A program made the translations under genes and the position numbers. Source: an uncultured Chloroflexia bacterium (GTDB lineage: Bacteria > Chloroflexota > UBA6077 > CF-72). From it: a stretch of 64,000 nucleotides of DNA. The notes below the pieces were generated by a model that saw nothing but the letters and a program-made list of their open reading frames with translations, did no database searches and was not told the origin of the DNA. The stretch is from contig CAVZNP010000014.1 in the NCBI GenBank assembly GCA_963776625.1, forward strand, positions 123,280 through 187,279, read 5' to 3'. Positions 49,794 to 60,217 of this stretch are shown in pieces; within the stretch, counting starts at the first letter, position 1; each line of letters starts with the position of its first letter.

Positions 49794-52700
49794 TGGCGAC
49801 GCAACCGCTGCCGCATCAGATTGCCCTGCTTCGTCCGGGCCAGGCGTCGCTCGACTGGCTGGCGACGACGCTGCGCTTCCTCAAACGCGACGACCCGCTG
49901 CAGTCGGTGACAATCGTCACGCCAAGCCCGTATCTATCGTCGGTGCTTCGCCGCGAGGTGGCGCGCATCGGTGTTGCCAACGTCTCGTTCAGCGTGCAGC
50001 TGCGCCCCCTCGCGGAGCGCATCGCGCGTGCGAATGGCAGCCAGGCGTTCGACCATCCGCTGACGGGCCCCCTCGAAGCCGCGGCGATCCGCGTGGCGCT
50101 GCGCGCCTTCGCCGGAGGCGGCCTGCAGCCGCTCGTCAAGAACCCGACACTCCAGAATTCCTTTGCGGTGCTCTTTCGCGACCTGGCTCACCTCGACGAT
50201 CCCGACTCGTTTCTGAGCGGTCTGGCGGAGCTCACCGGCGTGGGCGCGGCCGCGCGAGCCACACACGCGACATTCGCGACACTCACCGCGGCTTTTCCCG
50301 GACGTTCCCCGCCAGCTCCGCCTGACGGCTGAGCTGGTCAGGAACGCCCGCGCGGCCGCGCTGGGCGGCCGACATCGGTGCGCTCGTCGTCTACCTCCCG
50401 ACCCGCCTGGACCCGGCCGATACTGCGTTTCTGGCCGCGCTCGCCGTGCACATGCCAATCCGGCTCGGCCTGCCGCATCTGGACGACCCATCCGTCGATG
50501 CCTACGTCGCGGAGTCTGTCGCCGTGTTAGCTCCTGCCTTGGGAGCCGTTCCGTACCTGGCTGTCGATGCGGCGCCGACCTCGCCGAACACGATCGTGTT
50601 GAGTGCTCCAGATCCGGAGGAGGAAGTGCGCACGATCGTCCGACGCGTCCTCGCCGACGTCGAGGATGGAGTTCCTTTGTGGCGTATTCAGATGCTCTTC
50701 ACGGCCGATGAGCCATACGCGACGCTTGTCCGCGAGACGCTCGACGCCTCTGGCGTGGCGTGGCACAGTGCGCTGGGTCGTCCCGCCAGTCACGGCCTGG
50801 CGGCGCAATCGCTGCTGGGGTTGCTCAGCTTACCCGAGCGTGCGTTTGCCCGCGAAGCCGTCCTCGACTGGCTGGGCGCGCGTCCGACCAGTCTGGACTC
50901 GGTGGCGGTGGACGCTGCGTTGCCAGTTGTCCCGCTGAGCGCGTGGGATCGGCTCTCACGGCGCGCTCAAGTGTTGCAGGGGAGCGACCAGTGGATCGCG
51001 CGTGTCGAGCGACTGATCGAGACGCTGGAGCTCGAACGCCAGCAACAGGCGGACTGGCACGCCGAAGCCTTCGCGCACGATGACGCCGACGCCCCGGCTC
51101 CAGCGCATGACATCGACTACGCACGCGCAATCGTGGAGGCTGTCCGACGGCTGCAGCACGATACCCAACCCCCGCCGGAGCCGAGCACATGGCAGTCATT
51201 GGTGGAGTTTGCGCGTCGACTCCGAAGCAGCTACGTGCGCGACGATCCCACGTGGCCCGCGGCCGAGAGTCGCGCCGCGGAAGCGCTGGATGCCGCCCTC
51301 GACAGTCTGCTGGGCGCCAGCGAGCTGGAGCCAACCACAACCATTGGGACCTTTCGCGAGGCGCTCGCGGCCGCCCTGGACGCGCGCCGTCTGGAGGAGG
51401 GCCAGGCCGGCGTCGGCGTCCTGGTCGGTCCGCTCGGCTCGAGTGTTGGCGCGTGCTTCGATCGGACCTACCTCCTGGGTCTGGCTGAGGGGCTGCTCCC
51501 GGCGCGTATGCCGCCGGATCCACTGATGGCAGGCACTGCCGACCAGCTCGATGCGCTCGGTCGACGCCAACGCCAGCGCGCCATCGAACGCGCTGGCTTT
51601 CTCGCCACGATGACAGCCACCGCGACGAGTGGTTCCCTCCACCTTAGTTACGCGCGCAGCGACGGCGGTGCACGGGCAAGCTTTCCCTCGCGCTGGCTCC
51701 TGGAGCAGGTTGCGAGACTCGAGGGCGTCGCGTTGCTGTCGGCGTCCGATGTCCAGCGCCTGTTCGGGGCGGGTCGCCGTTGGCTCGAATATATTGCGTC
51801 GGCGTACGACGCGGCGCAGCGCGGCACCACGCCGATGCACGTTGCGGACCGACGCTTGCGCCAGGTGGTCGAGGCGCTCGGTCGCGGCCAGCCACTGTCT
51901 GAGACCGCGCTGAGCCCGGCGCGCGCGGACCTCCCGCTGGGCCGCGCGCTGCACGCGGCCGCCGAGCGCCGCTCACGCCGGTTCACGGCTTTCGACGGCA
52001 ACCTGGCGGCGCTCGCCGCGGAGTCTCGCACCATCCGCGCTCCGTTCGACGCCGAGCCCGGTGCCTCGTCGGCGACCTCGCTGCAGCGCTGGGCGGGGTG
52101 CCCGATCAGTACTTCATGGTCAACGTCCTGCGTGTCGAGGCCACGGAGCGTCCTGAAGAGGAATGGACCATCAACCCGCTCGACCGGGGCACACTCGTGC
52201 ACGCGGTGCTGGAACAATTCTTTCGCGAGCGCTTCGAAGCCGGGCGTTCCTCTCCGGAGCATCTATTCACCGCGGCCGATCACGCGCGCCTGGAGGACAT
52301 CGCGCAAACCTTGTTGCTGGACCTCCAGGTACAGGGTCGCACCGGTCACGCGTTGGCCTGGGAGAATGCCCGCGCCGCGTTGGTCCACGACCTCCACCTG
52401 GAGCTGGAGCGTGAGGAGGCCTGGCGCAGCGAAGCGGACGCTCCCGGTACGCCCAGCCTGTTCGAGCGCACCTTTGGCGACTCGCGCGATCCCGAAACCT
52501 GGGCGCCCGTGGAGCTGGACCTCGGCGACGGCAGCATTGTGCGTTTCCGCGGCGCGATCGATCGCGTCGACATCTCGTCGGACCGTGTGCTCGTCATCGA
52601 CTACAAAACTGGCGGTACGTGGGGATACGACGGACTGGAGTCTGATCCGGTCGCTCCCGGTCGACACCTGCAGCTGGCGCTGTACGGCCGCGCCGCGCGC

Positions 52701-53015
52701 GCGAATGTCAGCGCGCCTCTGACTGAGGCCGAGGTCCGCGCCGAGTATCGGTTCGTCTCGAGCAAGGGCCGCTTCGAGCGACGTCAGATCGCCGTCGACG
52801 AATGGACCGACGCACGCTTGGTGGAGGTCGTCCGCCACGCTGCTGACGGCATCCGCTCTGGCGTGTTCCTGCCAATGCCCGGCGCGTGGACGCGCGGTTA
52901 TTTCCAGAACTGTCGCTTCTGCGACTACGACCGGGTGTGTTCGACCACGCGGGACGAGGCCTGGAGTCGCAAGGCTCCGGCGCTTCCCGTTCTGCCGCTG
53001 GAGCCGCGCCAGTGA
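49793..53015 (+). CDS. addB: AddB/RexB-like inactive helicase-PD-(D/E)XK nuclease with Fe-S cysteines; frameshifts near 50300, 50355 and 52103
   Basis: DDPL..VTIV.PS, EEEVR, GLAEG.LP, PSRWL, WAGCP..Y, RGTLVH, GAIDRVD, VIDYKTG, LQLALY, CRFCDYDRVC, spread over three ORFs. Confidence 0.75.
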
Positions 53016-56000
53016 CCGCGGACGCCTCGTCGCGACAGCGCGTGATCACCGACCTGGAGAGCACATTCTTCGTCGAAGCTGGAGCGGGCACCGGCAAGAC
53101 GAGCGTGCTGACCCAGCGGATTGTGCATGTCGTCGCCGCGGGCCGTAGCACCATCGACCGTCTGGCCGCGGTCACCTTCACCGAGGCCGCCGCCGCGGAG
53201 CTGCGCGATCGCGTGCGCACGGGTCTGGAACAGGCCGCTCTCGACACCGGGCGGTCTACTGACGAGAGAGCGCGCTGCCGTGCCGCCGCGCAGGACGTCG
53301 ACCAGGCCTCCATCTCGACGATTCACGCGTTCGCGGGCGAGCTGCTGCGCACGTTCCCCATCGAAGCTGGACTCCCACAGGGCTTCGCCACGCTCGACGA
53401 AATTCAGCAAGCCCTGCTGTTCGACGCGCGCTTCAGGACGTGGTTCTGGCAAGACGCGCTCCACGAGCCCTTGCGCGCGGCGGTCAAGCGGGCACTGCTC
53501 CTGGGTCTCGGGCAGGAGAGCCTGCGCTCGCTCGCCGCGGCGCTCGAGGACGTGCACGATCTGCTCGGACCTGAGACCAGCTGGGAAGCTCCGCCACCGC
53601 CGTCCGCTGGGCGCGCCGCCGCCTTTGCTGGCACGCGACTCACCCAGCTCCAGCGCTGCATGCCCTATGCGCTCGACGGTACCGACGATCCACTGGTGCG
53701 CGTCGTGCTTGGCGCGCGCTCCAGCGCCCGCCAGCTGCTCGCCGACCGGCACGGAGGACGAAGCGCTGTCTGCCCTGCTCGGCGTCGGCAAGCTTCCGTC
53801 GTTGGTAGACGTCTATCCGGACCGCTGGCGTGATGCGCTCGACGGGCGCAACGCCGGACTCGTCGTCAGTGCGACGTTGCAGGCGGTCAACGAGCGGATC
53901 TCGGCGAGGCTGGAGGCCCACCGAACGGCACTGCTCGCCGACGTGCTGAACAATCTGCGCGATTTCGTGCGTCCCGGCGTCGTCGAGCGGCGGACGCAGG
54001 GTGTGGCGACCTTTCACGATTTGCTCACCTGGGCACGAGACCTGCTGCGGGATACGCCGCGGGTCCGCCACGCGGCGCAGTCGCGCTTCCAGCGCGTGTT
54101 CATCGACGAATTCCAGGATACCGACCCGCTCCAGGCGGAAATCGCTTGCTACCTGTGTGCCGACGAACGCGACGGGCGGGCGCTTGCGTCGGACTGGCGT
54201 GATGTGTCGCTGGTCCCGGGCAAGCTGTTCGTGGTAGGCGATCCCAAGCAGAGCATCTACCGTTTCCGGGGCGCCGACATTTCAGTCTACGACGACCTGC
54301 TGGCGCGCTTCAGCGCGCACCGCGCGCAGCTGAGCCAGAACTTTCGGTCGGTGAGTCCGATTCTGGAGTGGGTGAACCACCACTTCGATCGGCACATGCG
54401 AGCGCGAGACGGGCTCCAGCCAGCCTACGCTCCGCTGGCAGCCGACTGGCGCCCGCCTGCCGATACGCGAGGCGGTGTCCGCCGCATAGGCGGCCTGCTG
54501 GAAGGCAGTGTGGCCGAGGCGGCCGAAGCCGAAGCGCGCGCGTTCGCCGCGCTTGCCAGAACCGCCGTAGCGGAGGGTTGGCTGGTGGGTGATACAGAGA
54601 CAGAGAGCAGCGAGCCTGCGGACACTGTGCCGGCGCCCCACCCTCCTCTTTCCGCGCCGACGCTGGCGAGCCGTCCTGAGAGGCCCGTCGAGCTTGGGAC
54701 ACCGCCCGCGTTCCCAGACACCACGTCGCGCCCTGAGCCTGGCGACACGGCGACGCCTCCGGGCCCCTTCCGCCATTCCGACGTGTCCCGACACTGGCGA
54801 CACTACGTTGCGACCTGACCCTCGCGATGCCCCGGAGCGTCGTGAGCTCGGCGAACCGGCGGTGTCTTCGGACCCTTCCCTGGTCGTCGCGCCGCTTGAC
54901 ACTGGCGACACTACGTTGCGACCTGACCCTCGCGATGCCCCCGAGCGCCCCGAGCCCGCCGAGACTGCGGTGTCTCCGGACCCTTCCGCCATTCCGACGC
55001 GTCCCGACACGCGCGACACTTCGCTGCGGCCCGACCCCTACGACGACCCTGCGCGCCGTGAGTTCGGCGAGCCGGCGCGTGCCTGCGGACCCTCCCGTCG
55101 TTGTCGCGCGGCTTGACCCCAGTGACACTGCATTGCGCCCTGACCCGTGCAACCCGGCAGCGCCCCCTGAGCCTGGCGCCACCGCGCGTCTGGTGGACCC
55201 CGCGGAGTTTGCGCTGCGCCCTTACGTTCACCACGTTGCGAGCGCACCAGTAGAGCCTCCTGGCGCCGGCGCGGCAGCCGCGGAGCGCCCTCGAGCGCGG
55301 CCCCTGCGCCGAGCGAGCTACCGCGACATCTGCATCCTCCTGCCTGCGCGCACCCACCTCCGCCGCCTGGAGCGCGCCCTGGAGGACCTCGGCGTCCCGT
55401 ACCGCGTGGAGGCCGGCAAACTCGTGCTGGCCACCCAGGAGGTCCGCGACCTGCTCGCCTGCCTGCGCGCCATCGAAGATCCCTCCGACCAGGTGGCGCT
55501 CGTCGCCGCCCTCCGCTCACCCGCGTACGCCTGCTCAGACGTGGACCTCCTGTTCTGGGTCGAACACGGCGGACAACTCAATCACGAACAACCGGGTGAC
55601 GGCCCGGAGGGTCCAGTACGCGACGCGTTGACCAGCCTCGCGGGGTTCCACCACCGCCGCCTGCTGCTCTGGCCGCCGGCCCTGATCGAGGCGTTCATCG
55701 CCGACCGTCTGCTGGTAGCGTCGGCCCTCGGCGAGGCGCGCCCGCGCGAAGCCTGGCGCCGCCTGCGCTATGTGGTCTCGCGTGCGCGCGCCTTCACCAG
55801 CACCGGCCACCATACGCTGCGGACGTTCCTGGACTGGATCGAGGGCCTCCAGCGCGCCGACGTGCGCGACCCGGAGTCCGGCTCCACGGAGCCCGACGAA
55901 GATGCCATCCACATCCAGACCATCCACGGCGCCAAAGGCCTGGAGTACCCGATCGTCCTGCTCGGGGGACTGGGCAGCCCGAGCCGTGGGGGCAGCTTCG

Positions 56001-56752
56001 GCAGCGTGGAGCTGATCGCGGATCGGCGCACCCGTCGCCTGGCCTGTCGCGTGGGCCAGGCGTGGTACACGCCCGACTTCGCGGAGGCGCAAGCGCGCGA
56101 AAAAGCGATGGCCAGCGCCGAATCGGTACGCCTGCTGTACGTGGCGACGACCCGCGCTCGCGATCACCTGGTGCTGAGCCTGTTCCGCGGGCGTTTCTCA
56201 GAATCGTCCGCCGCCGCGACGATCGAACGCAATCTGGCCGAAGCTCCGCCCGACCTCTGTCCGCCGCTGGACGTGCCCGCGTACGCGCCGCTCGAACCAA
56301 CTGACCACGTACCAGCGCAGGAAAGCTCGTCCGAAACGTCCGAGTCGCTGGAGTCAGAGCGCACCTGGCTCGCGGCCCGCGCAGCGCGACTGGCCTCCGC
56401 GTCAAGTCCGCCCGCCGCCCTTGGCTGGTGGTCCACCGCCGCCGATGACCACCAGCCCCTACCCAACCTGCCAGTCCCACCCAACGCGACCGACGTCCGC
56501 CGCAACGTCTCACTCCTGGCCGAATTGGATGGCATCCTCGTCGAGGAGCATCTCGACTTGGTGTACAGAATCGGGTCGCGCTATGCGGCAGTCACACGCA
56601 GAACGCGAGAGCCCGATCAAGTGTCAATCGCGGCAGGGGCCTTCAACGCATGTACCGGTTTGACATTGGAGACGGTTAATCTCGTTCCCGCCAACGCCAG
56701 CCGCTTCGATTTCATGCTTCTTGACGCTTCCGGATTTGGCGCGGAGCATTGA
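53012..56752 (+). CDS. addA: AddA/UvrD-like superfamily 1 helicase; frameshifts near 53745, 54765 and 55080; repeat insertion; degenerate C-terminal nuclease
   Basis: EAGAGTGKT, TFTEAAAAEL, STIHAF, IDEFQDTD, VGDPKQSIYRFRGAD, QNFRS, TIHGAKGLEY, LLYVATTRARD. Confidence 0.78.
54690..55230 (+). repeat. 108-bp (36-codon) degenerate tandem repeat inside addA
   Basis: Units begin GACACTGGCGACACTACGTTGCGACCTGACCC at 54790 and 54898, with variants at 55006 and about 55115. Confidence 0.8.
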
Positions 56753-56806
56753 GCTCCGCCCTGGGAGGCTTGACGAGCAACGGCGAAGGGATACGCTAAC
56801 AGCGCG

Positions 56807-57736
56807 GTGTCGGGGGAATCTCTTGACTTGGACGCACGGCTGCGCTTGGAAGCCTTTGCGTTCTTGAGTCAACAGACGGAGCGACACGGGACCACCGAAT
56901 TCCCCCGTGAACTCTTGCAGCGAGGGTTCGTCTTCGACGGGCAACGCGTCCCGCTGCTGTCGCCGCAAGGAATCTTCAAACCCGCGTTGTCAGCGGATGT
57001 CCCACTCAGTATTACGACCGCTCCGCCCAGCACACGGAAACCCTCGAGCTATGACGACCAGCTCGCGCAGAGTGGCGTGCTTGCATACCGGTACCGTGGT
57101 ACGGATCCGATGCACCGGGACAACGTGGGATTGCGACTCGCGATGATGCGGAATACTCCGCTCGTTTACTTCTTCGGGATCGTGCCGGGCCGCTACGAAG
57201 CGATTTGGCCAGTGTTCGTCGTTGGCGACGATCCCGTACACCTCACGTTCACGGTGGTCGCCGAAGATCGAGCGTTCGCTCATATGGACGGAACCCCTGT
57301 TGCACCAGGTGAGGAAGCGCGGCGCCGTTACGTGACCACGCTGGTTCAGCGGCGACTTCACCAACAGGCATTTCGCGAGCGTGTTCTGCTTGCATATCGC
57401 GAGACCTGTGGTATTTGCAGACTTCGGCACCGCGAACTGCTTGACGCCGCGCACATTCTGCCGGATCGAGACCCGCGCGGAGAACCGCTGGTCTCGAATG
57501 GTCTCGCGTTGTGCACGCTGCATCACGCCGCGTTTGACCGCCAGTTGCTGGGTGTGCGTCCCAATCTCATTGTGGAGGTCCGCCAGGACGTTCTGCGCGA
57601 GGCCGACGGGCCCATGCTTATCCATGGACTTCAAGGATTTGACGGGGCTCGCCTGATCGTGCCGCGGCGTGAGGAGTTCCGTCCCAATCGCGAGTTTCTC
57701 GCCGAACGTTACGAGTTATTCCGGAAGGCGAGTTAG
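56807..57736 (+). CDS. HNH endonuclease, putative (modification-dependent) restriction endonuclease
   Basis: RLHQQAFRERVL.AY..CGIC..LLDAAHI..NGLALC.LHHAAFD; N-terminal YRYRG..DN.GLR.A..PLVYF. Sequence looks less GC-rich than its flanks. Confidence 0.88.
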   Translation: MSGESLDLDARLRLEAFAFLSQQTERHGTTEFPRELLQRGFVFDGQRVPLLSPQGIFKPALSADVPLSITTAPPSTRKPSSYDDQLAQSGVLAYRYRGTDPMHRDNVGLRLAMMRNTPLVYFFGIVPGRYEAIWPVFVVGDDPVHLTFTVVAEDRAFAHMDGTPVAPGEEARRRYVTTLVQRRLHQQAFRERVLLAYRETCGICRLRHRELLDAAHILPDRDPRGEPLVSNGLALCTLHHAAFDRQLLGVRPNLIVEVRQDVLREADGPMLIHGLQGFDGARLIVPRREEFRPNREFLAERYELFRKAS

Positions 57737-58135
57737 TCGGGCCTGTCGGGCGTGTCTTGCGCTCGTGCTCTACCTGCCCGGACGATGCACGAGCGCTGGC
57801 ATGGTACGCTCGCTATACGGTCCTGGGCGTGGTCGCGCGTGCAGCAACGCACACTTGCGAGCGTGGCGTTGGCTGCGCCCGACGTGGTGCTGCGTGCGGT
57901 CGTGGCGCCGGATCCTGGGGCGTTGCAGCGGCTGGTAATGGAGGGCGTCTCCGAGCTGGCGCAAGCGTCGGGCCGCGCCCGCCCGTACTTCTCGGGGATA
58001 GTCAGGGGGCGTGCCGGGCAAGCCCGGTGCGGGGAATGACGGACTTCCGGACAGGCGCGGATCAGTCTGGTCGAGGCGGGCCGCCGACACATTCACGGGT
58101 ACGATCGCCACGCTTGTCTGAAGTGGACAAAGCGA

Positions 58136-59018
58136 ATGGAGATCATATCCGCCCACATGCATGAGCCTCGGCCGCTCAGGCCGGTGGACGCCAGCCTGAG
58201 CGAAGAGGTCAGCCTGTTGGTGAACGTGTAATTTGAGGCCGCGCGCGCGAAGGCCTGGCCTGCGTCGGCGTGGACGTGGCCCTGTCTTCGCTCCGCAGGC
58301 GTACACGGACGCTTGCGTGGCGCGCTATCCCGATCGGTTTGGCGGCGCCCTTTCCTTTGACTACAACGCCGACGACGCCGACGTACTTCGACGAGCAGCT
58401 GGCCACCTTCAATCAGCGGCCTGGCATGCTGGCCGGCCGCGACCTGGTTGGCAACGCGCGCGACGCGACGCCGCGGCCTGAATTTGGCGAGGGCAAGTTC
58501 GAGCGGCTCTACGTGGCGGCCGAGAAGCACAACCTGCCGCTCTTCTTTTCGACGCAGGGGCACGCGGAGGTAATGGCGTCGGTTGCGCGGGCGCACCGTG
58601 GGCTGACGATGATCATCGACCACCTCGGCGTGAGCCAGTCGCCGGTGTCGCCGCCGCGGGACGAGCCGTGGGATCGGTTGCCCGGGGCTGCTCTCGCTGG
58701 CGCAGTTTCCGAACGTGCACGTCAAATTCAGCGGGGGCGCCGGTGCTCTTGCGCGAGCCCTACCCGCATCATGACGTGTGGCCGTATCTGCACCAGATGA
58801 TCAGCGCGCTTGGGCCTTGAGCGGCCGATGTGGGGCAGCGACTTCACACGGCCGCGGTGGGTGCCAGTGGGCGGCCTGGCGCCGCGCGAGCAGTGGCACT
58901 TTTACAGTGACTCGATGAGCTATCCGCGGGACACAGCGGAGATTTCGCGGCGGACAGGGAACTCATGCTGGGTGGCAGGACCCGGCGCGTGCCGCGGTGG
59001 CCGAAAGTGGCGGGCTGA
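58136..59018 (+). pseudogene. Amidohydrolase family protein, disrupted
   Basis: MEII.AHMHEP, in-frame TAA 58229-58231, IIDHLG, WGSDFTR in different frames. Confidence 0.7.
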
Positions 59019-59019
59019 G

Positions 59020-59796
59020 GCGTCACATGGCGCTCGGAAAGCGTCACGTGCGGCGTTGAAAGCGTCACGCCGAGGCTGAAAAGCGTCACGCGGGCGCTGT
59101 CCAAACGTCACACGGAGACCTCAAAGGGGCACCTCGCGTGGTCGGGGAGGGTCACGGCGCTCGGGCGAGGCCAGGCGTCACGCGGTGAGGGTCGTGTGCC
59201 GTCAAGGAGGTGGAAAGCGTCACGCGGGATCGTGAGACGCCGCAGCGCCGATCAGGGCGTCACCTGCAGATCAAAAGGCGTCACACGGAGACGAGAGAGC
59301 GTCTCGCGCAGTAAGGGAGGCGTCACGGCGCGCGGGCGCGGACAAAGCGTCACGCGGTGAAAGGCGCACGCGCCAGGGGAAAGTGGCGCGGCAAGCCCGA
59401 ACGCGAGACGCCGTGGCGTGGATTGGGGCGTCACCCGGCGTCGAAAAGCGTCACGCGAGACGAAAAGGTGTCTCGCGTGGTCAGGGAGGCGTCACGGCGC
59501 GGGCGCCGCGCGGGTCACGCCGCGCGGTGAGGGCCGTTCGGTGTCACGGCGGTGGAAAAGCGTCACGACGGAAGGTGAGAAGTCGCTGCGGCGTGGATTG
59601 GGGCGTCACGTGGAGACCAAAAGGCGTCACACGGGAACGAAAAAAGCGTCTCGCGCCGTGATGGGAGGCGTCACGGCGCTCGAGCGTCACGTGGAGATGC
59701 GCAAGAGTCACGCGGAGGTAGGGAAGCGTCACGCGGTGGCGGTTGAGACGCTGCGGAGTGTATTGGGGCGTCGCACGAGGACGGTCGAGGCGTCAC
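59020..59796 (+). repeat. Phased GCGTCAC heptamer array (~21-bp period, ~170-bp higher-order unit)
   Basis: About 20 exact and 10 near-match copies on one strand, counted by eye. Confidence 0.85.
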
Positions 59797-60217
59797 GCCG
59801 GCGGACGAGTTGAGAGGCATGGCCCCGCCGCGGCGCGCGGGGCCGGGGCCACACCCGCGGGGCCGCATCGCACCTCGACATCTCGGCAGAGCCTGGCGGA
59901 CAAGCGTGCTTGCGCGACCGACGGAGCGACGGCAACGGGGCCGGGGACGACGCGGTGTGGGTCTGCTCGGCGGCCTGGACGCTTGCCGACGCGGTGTGTG
60001 GGCCTCGGCGGTCTGGACCGTTGCCGACGCCGTACAGGCCGGCTCCGCGAGACGCGGGCTCGGCGGTACCCGCGCGGGCGCCGCGGCCTAAGCCTCAGGT
60101 GGCGCGGCCAGCCGCCTCGTGCTGTGGTGCGCGTCTGGCGCCTGGCGGCATAACCTTGGGCTGCCGGCGCATAGCTCGCCACACGCTCGCTCACACCACG
60201 CCAGGGGGATGCCTGCA

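Noticed and set aside
54590-55310. Intein in the helicase
   Set aside because: No N-terminal Cys/Ser block, no HN-C/S/T terminus and no endonuclease motifs; the insert is low-complexity.
49793-56752. Programmed ribosomal frameshifting in addAB
   Set aside because: There are at least six shifts with no obvious slippery sites, so sequencing error or decay is more parsimonious.
59020-59796. CRISPR array
   Set aside because: The conserved word is only 7 bp, spacers are ~14 bp and themselves repeat at a higher order, and no cas genes are present.
59966-60030. 27-bp imperfect direct repeat (CTCGGCGG.CTGGAC..TTGCCGACGC) x2
   Set aside because: Only two copies in GC-rich DNA, with no supportable function.
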